Notes: generated by a model from the letters alone, not told the origin. Positions 48,831 to 63,844 are shown, counted from the stretch's first letter. The stretch: 64,000 nucleotides of DNA from Octopus sinensis (GCF_006345805.1 NC_043004.1:105338001-105402000), one strand, 5' to 3'. Program-made: numbers and translations.

Positions 48831-49544
48831 GAACAATGAAATAGTAAAAAATAAATGAAAAAAACCCCACAAACTCTCAATTCCTTTTCCATCCCCATAA
48901 GGTAGTGGTAGCAATAATCTTTGGTTTAAAGTGTATAAGATCACCTTGAGAGCTGTTCCAAAACTGCACCAAATAATTTTCAAAATTTCAATTTTTTTTT
49001 CTTTGGAATATCAATGCTGGCCAATTGATTACAATAATTCTCCATTTTCATTCTGTGATCATAAATTGAGAGAATGACTTGGTTATCTAATTAAGTGACA
49101 AAGACAATTGCTCTAATAACAAAAATGGTGAAACATCTAAAATGTGCCTTCAGTTGCAAATGAACAGGTTTTACATAATTCTGAAAATTTATTGCTTGAT
49201 AATTGCCAAATAATATTTTTCTATTTAACAGAAAAATTGAAAAAATTGAAAAACTAAAAAAAAATAAACGATGGATTTGAAACATCAAAATAAAATGTTT
49301 ACATTTTCTTTTTTTTTTTCCTGAATAGTAAAAGCAATGCCACCGTATGTTGACTTGAAAAAAAAAGTTCACTTGAAGGAAAATAAAAAAAAAAGAAATA
49401 TTTGGAAGCAAATTCTCATACAAATATTGTAAATATCTTAAACACACACACACACACACACAAAAATGGTAACTCTATTACACCTTTTAATAAAATCAAT
49501 AGCAAAGAAATCCAACTAACTCGGGAGGTTTTTTTTTTAACAGT

Positions 49545-49709
49545 TTGAAATCGACTAATGTCAGCTTTGGAAGAAGATGTAGAACTTCAAATTTTCTTTT
49601 TGAAGAATGGTGTACATTTATGTAACAATATTCAAGATTTTCTGCAATGAGACTTGCAAAATATATTATCGTATCAGTCAGAACTAAAAATTTCAGCAGC
49701 GTTATCAAG

Positions 49710-49754
<45 letters not shown>

Positions 49755-50800
49755 ATCCAATCATCATCATCATCATTATCATCATCATCATCACCATCAC
49801 CACCACCGCCACCATTTAATGCCCACTTTCCATACTGGTATGGGCTGGACGGTTTGACTTAGCTTTTAGGTGTTTTCGCTCAATAAACACACACTACCCG
49901 GTCTGAGAATCAAAACCGCAATTCTCCAACCGTGAGTCCGCTGCCCTAACCACTGGGCCATTGTGCCTCCACAAATTATAAAGAAATCTATGCTAATTAG
50001 ATTCTTCTTCTTTAATAATGTGTTATGATTTGATACAATTAGAAGCAATAAAAGCTGAAAATATTCAAAAATTCAAGTGCTCTGATGAATGCTTTTGGGG
50101 CAGGGTTTCGCAGGATAAAGGTAAGTTTGATTAGATTTTGTCCTGATGGAGCAAGTATTGTGTTTACAAGAAAAGCTGGAATTGTTACAAGATTAATTCA
50201 AGAATTTCTAAACCTTGTAAGTTGGCATTGTTTGAGTCATCGATTACAACTTGTTTTAGCTGATGCTATAAATGAAATCAATGAAATAGGCCGTATCAAG
50301 GTTTTTTGCGGCCTAGATCTATGCTAATTTTTTTATCAGTCTAATAATAAAAGTAAGCCTCAGCTTAGAACCATTGTTGCAGAACGATATTTTTGAAATA
50401 TAGGCCATATTTTTTATTTCCCAGTGAGCATCCTGTTGCCTCAAATCTGCTAAAGTAGAATGGAAAGCCGATTCAGTTAATATATTTTTCTAGAAGTGCC
50501 AACAAGAGCATGTAAGCAGGGGGAAACAAGTTCAGTGTTAGTTACCTGGTTATTTGTGCAGCAAAGGAAAAGTATAAAATAGGGGTCTCAAACTACTACA
50601 GTGAAACCATTATCAAGACCAATATTTTCTTAAAACTTTGTAATTTGTGGCAAGAATCTCGCTACTAAAGAACAGCATTCAACAGACAGCTGGATGTAAA
50701 GTCTGTTACAGGTGTTTAACAATTCAACAAGGAATAACAGGACTGTATATAACATTTGAAAAAGTAGCTTTTTTCCCACAAACGGTTGGATCTACAACTC
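49545..50800 (+). mobile_element. Decayed hAT-family (ZNF862-like) transposase remnant
   Basis: DGASIVF...GIV...LVSWHCLSHRLQLVLADA matches the hAT DGA...HCxxHRLxL motifs. Multiple frameshifts; interrupted at ~49710-49975 by a microsatellite and retroelement pieces. Confidence 0.75.
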
Positions 50801-50978
50801 AAGCAAATCTTGGTCAATCCTATGCAGTGTAGGCTCACCTCAGGGCTTTTCCAGGAAATAATCAAACATGGGATGGGAATTAAATTGTAAAAAGAAAAAT
50901 GGGGAAGGGATGGGCAGAATGAAGTAAATGACTTGACAATTATCAGTCTTTGAGATATTTGTCTGCTGTCTTTAACAG

Positions 50979-51158
50979 GTTGAATGACCACAGAGTTTAT
51001 GTGGTTGTTACAGATGTACAACAAAAGATTAAGGAAAATGTGTTTGTTGGGTATCAAATAAAAAGTAAATTCGTTGGTGTATGAAATTGCATGAACCAGC
51101 ACCCTGAATCCTGAATGAGATCTCATTTGGACAAGTGAATTCATGAAGTTAGAAATAG
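50979..51158 (+). other. Candidate exon with stops in all frames
   Basis: gtctgctgtctttaacag| and TAG|GTAAGA. Longest reading LNDHRVYVVVTDVQQKIKENVFVGYQIKSKFVGV*. Confidence 0.3.
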
Positions 51159-51701
51159 GTAAGAAAAACACTTAAAATCTGACATTTATCACTGTTATAA
51201 CAGGTGTCGCTGGACTGGTTCCTGTGCAGGTTGCACATAAAAAACACCACTTGAGCATGGCCATTGCCAGTACCGCCTGACTGGCCCTCATGCTGGTGGC
51301 ATGCAAAAGCACCTACTACACTCTTGGAATGGTTGGTGTTAGGAAGGGCTTCCAGCTGTAGAAAGTCTGCCAGATCAGATTGGAGCCTGGAGCAGCCATC
51401 TGGCTCGCCAGTTCTCAGTCAAATCATCCAACCCATGCTAACATGGAAAGCAGACGTTAAACAATGATGATGATGATGTTGCATGTTTTGTTGTCTTATT
51501 TATTGTTTTCCTGGAGATTATGATTCTGAAATAAATAATTAAAATATTCAATTTTCTATTGCCTTCCCCAAATGTAACTTTCTTAGTTATTTAGTGGAGT
51601 TTCATTCTGAAAAAATAAACTTTTATTCAGCTTTTCTATTTTTGTCTTTTGTCTTAATTTTCTAGCAAAATTGCCTTGCCAAATAATCCTTTCTGCTTCA
51701 G

Positions 51702-51744
51702 GCACGCAGCCTGAAACTTTGGTGGGGACAGGATCCTGACTGAT
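51702..51744 (+). other. Candidate 43-nt exon with stops in all frames
   Basis: cctttctgcttcag| and GAT|GTAAGT. Confidence 0.3.
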
Positions 51745-52846
51745 GTAAGTTCTATATTCCTCTAAAAAAAGATAGGAATGCTTGGAATGTTTTTGAATAT
51801 GTGTATACTGGATCAGGATTGAACTGGGGTTAAAAACAATTATAATGAACTTATTGTACACAGTACTCAAGTGCATTACAACTCGTCAGAAAAAGCAGCC
51901 AAAAGTGCATGAACAATACAGAGAACTAATGCACAGGAAGTGAATAGTGAATGAATTGATAAAAAAAATAAGGTGGTGGGGGGGGGGGATATCAGGTGGA
52001 CTGGTGGCAAATTTCAGGAAACATGAATGTTTGTGTCCCAACAGCTAACAACTGATGTGGGTAGTTTATTCCATGTTTCAGCACTTTTGAGCATGAAAAA
52101 ATGTTTCTGAAAGTCATGGGTGCTGTGTTGTTTTTAGATTTTGTAAGCATGTCCATGAGTGTTAGCTATATCAAGTTGTTTTTATAGCCAAAATAGAACC
52201 GTAATAGATAACAGTAACACAGGGCAATGTCAGTTCAAATGTGACAACAATTACATTGCCAAGAGAATTGGGACTCAATGAAAGCTGAATTATATTTGGC
52301 ATCAAAATAATACCAAACTTGACTGCAAGAGCTTCAAACTAATTTATAAGCCAAAGGAAAAGACATTATATTTGTCCTGATTTGTTCTGACTGATCAGGT
52401 AAATTGCATTTAACGAAAGCTGCTCCATCCATACCAAATAGGGGAAAGCATTGTGAGTAGTAAAATGAAAGGAAAAGAAATGGCACTAACAAGAACACAA
52501 GAAAATAGTGAAAACTACGAAGAATACAGAGAATTGTGTTGATGTTGGAACAGAAGCTATCTTTGGTTTTTGGTGGTAATAGTTTGAGGGATGTTGCAGA
52601 AGGAGTATGGGAAGATAACATTTCAAGTAATTTGTAGAATTACCAAAATATCTTGTTCACTGATAAGCCATGATCCTGTAACCGATGGCGTAAAGAGCAA
52701 GCAGCTGTGCTAAATGTTGATAACAGCTAAGTATATGTTTCTTTGTATGTATGCATATGTATGTACATATGAATGTATTTATATACATATTTGTGTGTAT
52801 GTTTACATATATATATATTTGCATTCATATGTATGCATACACATGT

Positions 52847-52884
<38 letters not shown>

Positions 52885-53303
52885 TCATCATCATCATCAT
52901 CATCGTTTAACGTCCACTTTCCATGCTAGCATGGGTTGGACGGTTCAACTGGGGTCTGGGAAGCCAGGAGGCTGCACCAGGCTCCAGTCTGATCTGACAT
53001 TGTTTCTACAACTGGATGCCCTTCCTAACGCCAACCACTCCGTGAGTGTAGTGGGTGCTTTTTATGTGCCACCGACACAGGTACCAGACGAGGCTGGCGA
53101 ACGGCCACGCTCGGATGCTGTTTTTTATGTGCCACCGACACAGATGCCAGACGAGGCTGGCGAACAGCCACGCTCGGATGGTGTTTTTATATATATATAT
53201 ATATATACACAGATATGTATATATATGTATGTATATGCATACATATGTAGCTGTGTGTGTGTGTGCTTTTGCATGTATATATCTACTATTGCTCTATCTA
53301 TCT

Positions 53304-53342
<39 letters not shown>

Positions 53343-55453
53343 GGGTGCAAGAGATATTTGAGGACATGTTTGGTAATTAAATGAAACAACTTCAATCTAA
53401 CCAAAACCAAATGTATTTTGATAAAAATCTGTACACATTCTTGATAATCTTTCCAATAAGATCATTTAATGAATCTCCCTTCAGGTTTGATGGCTGCTTT
53501 AATGCAAGATTGGAACTATTGACATACCTGTACTAAATTGTCTTTGTTCATTTCAAACATCACCTGGATAATGGCAACCTTTGCTGAAGCTATTGTGAGA
53601 GTGTTGGTTGGTTTTCCTTTCTGCAATGCTCCAAATGTAGTAATCCATGGGATTTAAGTTTGAAGAATTTGGAGGCTAAAAGTTTGGTGTTATATGAGTG
53701 CAAAGAATTTTTAACATCCATTCTTTGAGTTACATGGGCTTTGTAAGGTGCTGCGTCTTGTTGAAACATGTACGACCTTCCAATGCATATGTCATCCAGT
53801 CTTTTAGTCCAGAGTTCCCTGCATATATCATCATCATCATTTAACGTCTGTTTTCCATGCTGGCATGGGTTGGATGACTTGACAGGAGCTGGTAAACTGG
53901 AGTGCTGCACCAGACTCCAGTCTTTTGTTTTGGCATTGTTTCTATGGCTGGATGCCCTTCCTAATGCCAACCACTTTACAGAGTGTATTAAGTGCTTTGT
54001 ATGTAACACCAGCATGGATGCTTTTTATGTCACACCAGCACAGGAGCTTTTTACATGGTGCCAACACAAGTGCTTTTTATATGGTACCAGCACAGGCACT
54101 TTTTATGGGGCACCATACATACATATATGTATATATAGACATATGTATATGTATATGTGTACTATATTCATATGTGTATATGTATGTATATACACATAAA
54201 ACATTGCCAAAACTGAATCACAAAACCATAAATCTCAGAAATTACTTCAGCTCTTATCAATTGTAAAAAGCTCAAATATGACCAACTCTAGAGTACTGCT
54301 TGCATATGCACTCCATTTTTAACAGTTCAGGTATCTTACTGTTCTATCAGTTTTCATGTATCTGAAGAGATTTGGTGTTTTTCAGTCTAGTCAGATATGA
54401 TTAGTGAGCTAAAATTGTGATTTCTCACAATGTATTGGGGGGAATTAACAGCTTTCTACTTTATTAAGTCAGGTACAATCACAATGAATTTAGACTAAAA
54501 GAGATTAGTAATGCTACCGCTTTCTCAGTTTATGTACCAAGATGAGAAGCAGTAAGTTTAGAATTATGTTGGAATGGTGCAATGGCAAAGTATCTTGGGA
54601 TCTGAAATTGGTTGAATATTTGTTGTTATGGCCTAGTTCAGTTCTAAAGAGCATTTGGATCATGATTATCCATTCCTTGTCTTGACTGCTATGTGTTCTG
54701 GATTACATTATCCAATGCACTGTATACATTTTCAAGGCAATAGAGTGGTGTGATTTGAGGGAGATTTGACTATTATTTCTAGCATATAAAACTTCCTTCT
54801 TTGGTTCATGGTTGAGCATTTACTTTGAAAGATTAAAATGGTTAAAAGAGATTAAGGAATATAAATTGTAGTCATAAAAACGTAAAGACCATCAGGACTT
54901 CTTCACGAGTGTCTGTGTGTGTCCGTGTGAGTTTGTGTGTGTTTGTGTATATGTGTGTGGTGGTGGTGGTGGTGGTGGGGGTGTAGTGAGTTATGGACCA
55001 CAAAAAAGATGTGAGGAATAAAATTATCATGTGATATTTTTATATATTAACTTCTAAAATATCCAACCTTTAACCATAATGGGTTTTGTTTAGTTACATA
55101 TTCATTTGTTCCTTTACTTTGTTCTTAAAATAATAGGATTAATGTTAGGAGAGATATTTTATAACCTTTCACAAATACCAAATGTTCTGTATTACCCCAT
55201 CAAACCCAGCTGTAGTTCTTCCTTTCTTTGACACAAGTCACTCAATGATGGTCTTTTCTTCTAAATTAGTTCTTTAAATTCATTTGGAGATCTTTTATAG
55301 TTATAAAAAATTGTCACCTGTTGAATTGAAGATTTGGCTGTGTTTGAATGAGAATATCAAAATGACTTTGTTCTTCGTTGGCATGGACACTGATTCTAGA
55401 ACTGATAATGGCTGTTTTAATGCTTGTTCTTTATTTTCTCGTTTTGTCATCAG

Positions 55454-55472
55454 CTACACCAGGTCTTTATAG
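55454..55472 (+). other. Candidate 19-nt microexon
   Basis: ttattttctcgttttgtcatcag|CTACACCAGGTCTTTATAG|GTGAGA; phase 0-1 reading LHQVFI. Confidence 0.3.
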
Positions 55473-56232
55473 GTGAGATAGCTGTTGCCTCTTGAGAGGG
55501 TCATTATGCAAATAACAAACACACACACTGGTACTATTTCACATTTTTACTATTTGTCAATTGGAAGGTGGTAAGCTGGCAAAATTGTTAGCATGCTGGA
55601 CAAAATGCTTGCTGGTGTTTCATCCATCTTCATGTTTTGAGTTCAAATTTTTTCGAGGTTGACTTTACTTTTCAACCTTCCACGGTCAACAGAATAAATA
55701 CCAGTCAAGCACTAGGACCAATGTAATTGAGCTGCTCCCTACTCCAAAATTTCAGCATTTGTACCAATAATAGAAAGGATTATTTGTCAGTTGGTTAGCT
55801 ATTTACTTAACTAAGTAAGCAATTGCTTGATTAATTTGATTAATCATATGGTTTATTAGTCAATCAGTTGTTAGTCAAAGTCCTTTTGTCACCATTTGCA
55901 ATCTCTTCAGTGGCATGGACTTTGACAAATATGACTGATTGATCGATTGATCATATGTTTAGTCAAATTAATCAAACAATTGATTAGTCATTTGAGTAAA
56001 TAGTTAACCAACTGATGAATAATAAAGAAGCAAAATAGAACCAGTGTGTGTGTGTGTGTGTGTGTGTGTTTAATATTGGCATAATGACCCTCCTGAGATA
56101 CAACAGAATATATTTCAACATATGAGCTCACATCAATAATCTTGCAAAACCAAATGCAAAAATGACAGAGAAAGATTGTATTGCTATTTATAGCAGGCTG
56201 AGTGATGAGATAGAAAGAGGCTTCTTTGTTAG

Positions 56233-56289
56233 AATGTTTTACTGAGAGGCCCAAAGGTAACATTTGCAGAGTCTCCAAGACTGACAAAG
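56233..56289 (+). other. Candidate 57-nt exon
   Basis: cttctttgttag| and AAG|GTAAGA. Open as (E)CFTERPKGNICRVSKTDK (phase 1) or NVLLRGPKVTFAESPRLTK (phase 0). Confidence 0.33.
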
Positions 56290-56494
56290 GTAAGAGGAGA
56301 AAGAAACCTAGTTTCTTGAGTAGGAAGTAGCATAATCAAGATATTGAATTTTTCTCATAGTGGATATGCATATCACAGAGTGGTCTTTGCTAAAGGCAAC
56401 CACACAGCTTGACTGTGGTGTTAAGCTGGGCAGAGGTAAGTCCTAATCTTCAATAACCTATCTTACACTTGTTTCCAGTCATTGCCCTCTGACT

Positions 56495-57270
<776 letters not shown>

Positions 57271-58065
57271 GCATTCCTGCATATCACATCTTCCTCTAAC
57301 ACATGCTGTGCACCATTTCAATTTAACTTTTATCTGTAGCAGATGTTTGTTACAGACCTTTGTAACATTCTGGCACCTCTGTGAGACACAGCTCTGTCTG
57401 TAGTAAGACATTTGATATAGACTTCTGTAAAACACTGCATCTTTCTGCAAGAAATCAAATCCTACTACATTAAGTACAGAAATATATCAGAAACGAAATA
57501 TATCACCAATTAACCTATATTTATTGAGAAGATATTTCTAGAAAAATGCTGTCATAGAAAAAAAGGAAAAAACAACAACCCCCACCTCCCCAAAATCCAA
57601 TAGCATTGTTAAAAGCAAAATAAATGACCCAAAAGAAAAAGACCCACTTCAGAAAATCACTCTTGCAGTAATTCTGGCATGGTTACCAACTGTTCTTCAA
57701 ATACTGTTACATTTAAGAAGAACTTTTCCTTTCCATATAATCTTTTGTTTTATTCTCTTCTTTTCTCCTCTTTCTCTCTCTCTCTCTCTCTCTCATGCTT
57801 TTACACATTCTGTGGCCTTTGTCAGTAAGATGTGCACATTTTATATTATTTTATCTTTCTCACACTATTAATACAAAATATCAGTGAGAATAGCCACAAG
57901 AGAAGTCGTGTCCATGTCTATTGAGGCATTTAGTGGCAGCAGCACTTGCTAAATGTCAACGGTAATAGAATCTGTTTGAAATTCTACTGGACAGATTTCA
58001 AGAGCACTTTTTGACTTTATGTCATGAAATGGCAATTATTTTGAACATTGTCACAACCTGCTTTA

Positions 58066-58077
58066 TAATAATAATAA

Positions 58078-58141
<64 letters not shown>
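58066..58141. repeat. (AAT)n microsatellite
   Basis: Direct reading. Confidence 0.95.
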
Positions 58142-58142
<1 letters not shown>

Positions 58143-58526
58143 TCATTCTGCAAATGTTCCAAAGATGAAACCAGAATTACCCCCTCCCACCACCACCACC
58201 ACTGGTTCCTGAGTCAAAATTTTGAAACATTTAAGGAATTGAATTAGAATTTGAAAAAAAAAAATAATCCATTGTGTGTGTATATCTTTTACCTTTTGCT
58301 TGTTTCCGTCATTGGATTGTGGCCATGCTGGGGCACAATCTGAGGAGTTTACTTGAGCAAGTTTCTCCCTGCAGCTACTCTATTGGTTTTATTTCTCAAA
58401 CTGCTAAGTTATAGGGAAGTAAATGAACCAACACTGGTCGTCAGACAGTGGTGGTCGGGCACAAACACATACACAAAGATACACACTCACGCACACACCC
58501 ATGTACACAGGCACACAGACACACAT

Positions 58527-58565
<39 letters not shown>

Positions 58566-58954
58566 ACTGACTTCATTTAGTTTCTGTTCACCAAATCCAT
58601 TCACAAGGCTTTGATTGGCTTGTGGCAAGAGTAGAAAACAACATTTGCCCAAGATGCCATGTTGTGGAACTAAACCAGGAACCATGTGGTTAGGAAGCAA
58701 ACTTCTTACCACACAGCCACATGTAGATGCCTAGACAAGTTTTCACCAGAACTGGTCCAGGGCGTAACTAACTACCATATTTAATGACCTATAAGATGCA
58801 TCTTTTTTTTTTACCCAAAAATGGCTTTAACCCCCCCCCCTGCGTCCAATGCACACAATGTAGGCTCAAAGCTGACTCAAAAAGGTATGTATGTTTACAA
58901 AACATGTGCTACCATCTATTGGTGAACAATGACCTATGGAATGTTTATATTGAA

Positions 58955-59479
58955 CTAGCAGTATCACCCGGCGTTGCTCGGGTTTGTAAGGGAAATAACT
59001 ATATAAGCATTTTTAGTGAGTTATAGCAAAAAAAAATAGCAAAAAAATGCATTAAAAATGGAATAAAAAATTATGGTAATTTTAGTGTCTTCAAGCCATG
59101 AAGTCATTGTTCTAAAAGAACGCTGGTCTCCTTGACAATGCTTTACGACGTTGATTTCCTTACACTCCCTTCCCCACAGCTTCACGAGGGAGGGAAGAAG
59201 GGGGTGAAGCAACACAGGTGCAGGTGTGACCATGGACGCCAACTCCGCCGCCATCGACACACGAAAAAATATGCATTAAAATGGAAAAAAATTATGTTAA
59301 ATTATTTTTTAAATCGTAGACTCATCGTAGACACGCGCTAATACCCAGAAGGGCTCGATATGAATCACGACTATAAGATACCCGAATTTGGTTAAACTGC
59401 ACCGCAAAATGTGGGAGTAGTTAGGAATCTAAATCGTAGGAGACAGACACTCACACAACTACAGTTTTATATATATAGA
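58955..59479 (-). mobile_element. Non-autonomous Helitron
   Basis: On the - strand: A|TC 5' end (59480/59479), subterminal hairpin CCCGAGC-AAC-GCCGGG (58967-58982) and CTAG|T 3' end (58955/58954). Confidence 0.85.
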
Positions 59480-62400
59480 TATGGATGCAATAAATTGCTT
59501 ATAATTACTAGAAATAACAGTTATTCAGGTAAGAGGATAAAACATTATTTTAGTGGTAATTTATTTTACAAAAGTATAGCCTAGGCTAAGGTGCATCCTA
59601 TGCACAGGTGCATTTTATAAGCCATCAAATACAGTAAATAATTCCACCTGGAAAAGATATTTAATGATGTTTCACATTACAGTCATTCTTTGGGCACCAC
59701 AGACCATTCAAGTTAAGAATTATTATTTGCTGAGATATATTTGGGTGTAGGTGGTGCATCTGGAATTTGTTGGAGATATTTGTCCAGGAACTGTTTACAT
59801 GGCATGAGATCTTTACCTTCCCTCATGTGTCTTTGCATGATGCCTAAAGCGAGCAGAGCCAGTTGAAGTGAAATAGTTTTGTTTCAATGTTGTGATGTGA
59901 CGCGAGCATGAATTTTGCAGAGGATGACAGGCACAGGAATTTTAAAGATGTGTGTGTGTGTGTGTGTGTGTGTGTTCGTGTTTGTACCTCACCACCTCTT
60001 GTCAACTTATGTTAGTTTGTTTATATCCTTGTAACTTAGAAGCTCAGCAAAATGAGACCAATAGAAAAAGTAGCAAGCTTTAAAAAAATAAGTACTAAGG
60101 TATTTGTTCATCTAAAATCATTCAGGATGGTGCTCCAGTATGGCAGCAGTCCATTGACAGAAACAAGTAAATGATAAAAAGATACAGAAATTTGTAACTG
60201 AAATATTAGTGTAAGTGTGTGTGTGAGTGTGTGTGTGAGTGTGTGTGTGTGTGTGTTACTGTCTCCTTTCCTTGTCTTTGTTAGTTGTAAATGAGTGTCA
60301 TGCATAGAGTGTCCTTTGTTTCATGGAGAAAATCTACCTAACTTGGAAACAGGTTGGCAACAAGAAGAGTATAAAGCCCCAAATCTGGCTCAACAAATTC
60401 TGTCCAATCCATGTAAGCATGGAAATGATGAGTATATAGCTATTTAATCAATGTTGTTTTTACTCAATTATGATTTGAGGCAGATTTCTTTGTTTAACTC
60501 AGTCTGCATGGATGACTCGTTCTTCATAGCTGAGTGGCTAGAATTTGGAAATGCATTTAGTTAAAGAACAAAAATATTGTCCTTACAATTTCCTATGAAT
60601 TGACAAGAAACACAAGCAAAGACAGCAATGGTCAAGTCCCCCATTTACCATAGCTTCCAATGGAAAATAAGACTGGCCATAGATTATCTTCTTTAACAAA
60701 TTCTGTCTGACCTGTGGGTGCATGTATGTCACTGCTTAGTCTGCTAGAGATAGAATCCAAATGACCATCAAATCACCCTTACAGCCATATAAAAGAAAGG
60801 GCACTAGGAATGTTGTAGTTTTACACACCACCATAAGGACTGAATGCAAAGAGTTGATGTACAAACCAAAAAGAAGTCTCTACATAGTTGCTGAACCTGG
60901 TAGAAATAACACCCAAATATCCTTCACATCTTAGTTTACCAGGTTTAAAGAAAGGTCAAGACTCTTTGATAATGTAATCCTAAATATATCTGAGAAAGAG
61001 AAAAGGCATGGTCATAGATAGAATACTTTGTTCATATGTTTACTCTAGGCAGGTTGACCTGGGGCTAAACAACAATAATATATATTCTTTGTTCATTCTT
61101 AAATTAATCCTGAAATCAAATTTAAATTTATCAGAAAAAAAGAAAATTAATTAATTTAACTTAATTGTATTATTTCTGTAATTTCAATTTAAATGTTAAT
61201 TGAATCAATAATTATTATATCTGATCATAGAGAAGAAATGGAAAACACATCATATCATGATAACAACAAACCACGACAGACAAAACATCTCTGTACTTTA
61301 GCGATGAATTCTTTATTTATTGGTTTGTCTGAGTGAAAGAAACTACAACATGGTTATGACCTCTGCAAGGTCCTCCCTCACATCTCGACTTGTTACATCA
61401 CTGCTGCAATAGTCCAGTTTGACCTCCCTATGGGTTGATCTCTGAGGAGGAAAAGAAAATGTGGCTGCAGAGGGATTTCCAGAGGGTCACAGTTTAGCAG
61501 GTGATTTAGAGCAGCGGGTTTACAATTGTGAGATTATGATTTTGATTAGCGGTTGTGTGTTGTGTTCTTGAGTAAGATGCGTTATTTCATGTTGTTCCAG
61601 TTCACTCAGCTGTAGAAATGAGTTTGTCTCATCACTGGTGCCAAGCTGTAACGGTCTTTGCCTTTCCTTTGGACAATATCAGTGGGGTAGACTGGTATGC
61701 ATGGGTGACTTCTGGTCTTCCACAAACAACCTTGCCTCAGAGGGGAACTTTCTAGCTGCAATCCATGGTCGTTCATGACCGAAGAGAGTCTTTTTACTTT
61801 TTACAATTTAGTTGAAGTACAACTACACAAACTGTTGGCTTTTGAGAGCAGAGACACAGCAAAGGCTATGAGAATAAGAATGATAGATAAGGCCAGAGTA
61901 TAAAGAACTTACAACAGCTGGTATAAAAATGAAGAAGAAACCATTGTAGCAGAAAATAGAAGCAGAATGAAAAAAAATAGTGTGTCTGAGTGGTTGAAGT
62001 ATATTGGGAAATGAAGTTTTGACAATCATTGGTTGTGATCCGAGATATATTTGTGTGGTTGTATGACATAGTAGCATCTTCTTAGATTCTATTCTACGGT
62101 AGTTTGTATTTCCTGGGTAATTATTCTCATCTCTTGTCTTTCTATCTTCAACATTACATTTGCATATGTACATTCTCTGGTCATCTTCAGGAATGCTATT
62201 TCTATATTTCTACATGTCTGTCTGTCTGTTTATCTGTCTCCCTCTCTCTTTCTCTCTCCACACATACACACACACACAAAGTAAAAAGTAAAGGAGTCAA
62301 AAGGAAGAGACACGAGGAATATCTAAGACTAGAATTGGTAGCATACCATAATACTACCGGCTATTTAAGAATTCTAAGAGTGAATGAGCTCTATTTGTAC

Positions 62401-62657
62401 TCTAATACGGGTTTAACAAAAAACAACTCAACTGTACACACACACACACACATATACATACATACAAGGTTGCAATGTGTGTATATATATTATATGTATT
62501 AAATAATCGATCGGGATTTTTATTTTTCATGTCCTGAACTAAGCAAACTCTGGTGGCCGCCGTCCTTTCGGTCAAAAGAGTAACTTTGTAAGTTCTTTAA
62601 CAGAAACTCTTTCACATAACACTCAAATTATTGTGTTTGCTTTCAACATATATTTAG

Positions 62658-62768
62658 CAACCCTACCAAAGGAAAGGGACCATTTCAGAACAACGGTCCT
62701 CAAAACAAAACAAGGAACATGTAGGAATACGACCATATGTGAGGAGGTTGGAGACATAGGTTTCCTTT
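62658..62768 (+). other. Candidate 111-nt exon (phase 1-1)
   Basis: catatatttag| and CTTT|GTAAGC. Reads (A)TLPKERDHFRTTVLKTKQGTCRNTTICEEVGDIGFL. Confidence 0.28.
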
Positions 62769-63094
62769 GTAAGCCAGATGGTCGCATCCCTAACAAAATA
62801 AGATGAGCCATAATACAACTTATACAACAGTGCCAACAGAATATAAATGAATGACGACAAGCCGTTCCACTGTTTGAGAGGAAATAAGATTTTATTTACA
62901 AGGTGTTAAGGTTAGAGGGTTGTGAGTGCTAGCCAGTGTTGTGTATGTGTGCAAGCAACAAGTGTTTGTGTATGTGTGTGTTATAAGAGTGAACATAGAG
63001 AACAAATAGAAATGTCCAGACACCAAATAGAGATAAATACCTATTTCTTTACTACCCACAAGGGGCTAAACACAGAGGGGTCAAACAAGGACAG

Positions 63095-63275
63095 ACAAAC
63101 GGATTAAGTCGATTACATCGACCCCAGTGCGTAACTGATACTTTATTTATCGACCCCCAAAGGATGAAAGGCAAAGTCGACCTCAGCGGAATTTGAACTC
63201 AGAACGTAAAGACAGACAAAATACTGCTAAGCATTTCACCTGGCGTGCTAACGATTCTGCCAGTTCGCCGATAAA
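63095..63275 (-). mobile_element. Well-preserved family-A SINE
   Basis: Reverse complement of the family-A head and core, with CpGs retained. Confidence 0.85.
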
Positions 63276-63279
63276 TACC

Positions 63280-63844
63280 AGCTCGTAAGGTACACAATAG
63301 CAGTTCGTTTTGTGTCAATGAAGTTGGGGCAAAGAGGAGAGCAGTTACTAGGTGTGTAGAAGTTGGGGCTTCCATCCATTTGCCAGGTTACATCGGTACA
63401 GAAGATCTCGCCGGTAGAGTTGTGCTGTTAACCTTGGTGTGTCTACACGAACAGCGTGTAAGCTAAACTTAAGCGAGTTGCTGTGTACATATCATTGAGG
63501 TCGATGGTGGTGAAGGCGACGGTAGAGAACGGCGACGGTGGTGGAGACGTCCTGTGTTGCTGGTGTATGTTGGCGTCGTCGCTGGCTGTAGCAGGAACAT
63601 GGCTGGTGTGGTCGTCGCTGGAACTGGTTGCACTGTGGTGGTGTAGTCAATGGCTGAAGACCAAAGACCTGGAATGGTAAATTCTGAGGCCTTTTAAAGC
63701 ATTCTAGAGGTTCCCGAAGAACATCCAAAAGACTGTGTCATGTGACCTTATCCTAAGGCCGTGATTAGTTGGCTTTGGACAGTAGCGCGAAATAAAGTAG
63801 AGATAAACCACGCTACATGTCAACCAATCAGATCAGCTGACACA
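63280..63844 (-). mobile_element. LTR-like, CpG-rich segment
   Basis: Starts TGTG on the - strand, with a CCAAT motif (~63821-63830), TTTAAAAGG and CAC/GAC-rich low complexity. The other end abuts a SINE. Confidence 0.3.

Noticed and set aside
55408-55472. Signal-peptide-like MAVLMLVLYFLVLSSATPGLY
   Set aside because: The hydrophobic stretch coincides with a T-rich tract better explained as a polypyrimidine tract. No convincing phase-2 downstream exon was found. Not fully excluded.
57300-57450. Exon-like segment with acceptors on both strands
   Set aside because: No frame, donor and neighbour combination was convincing.
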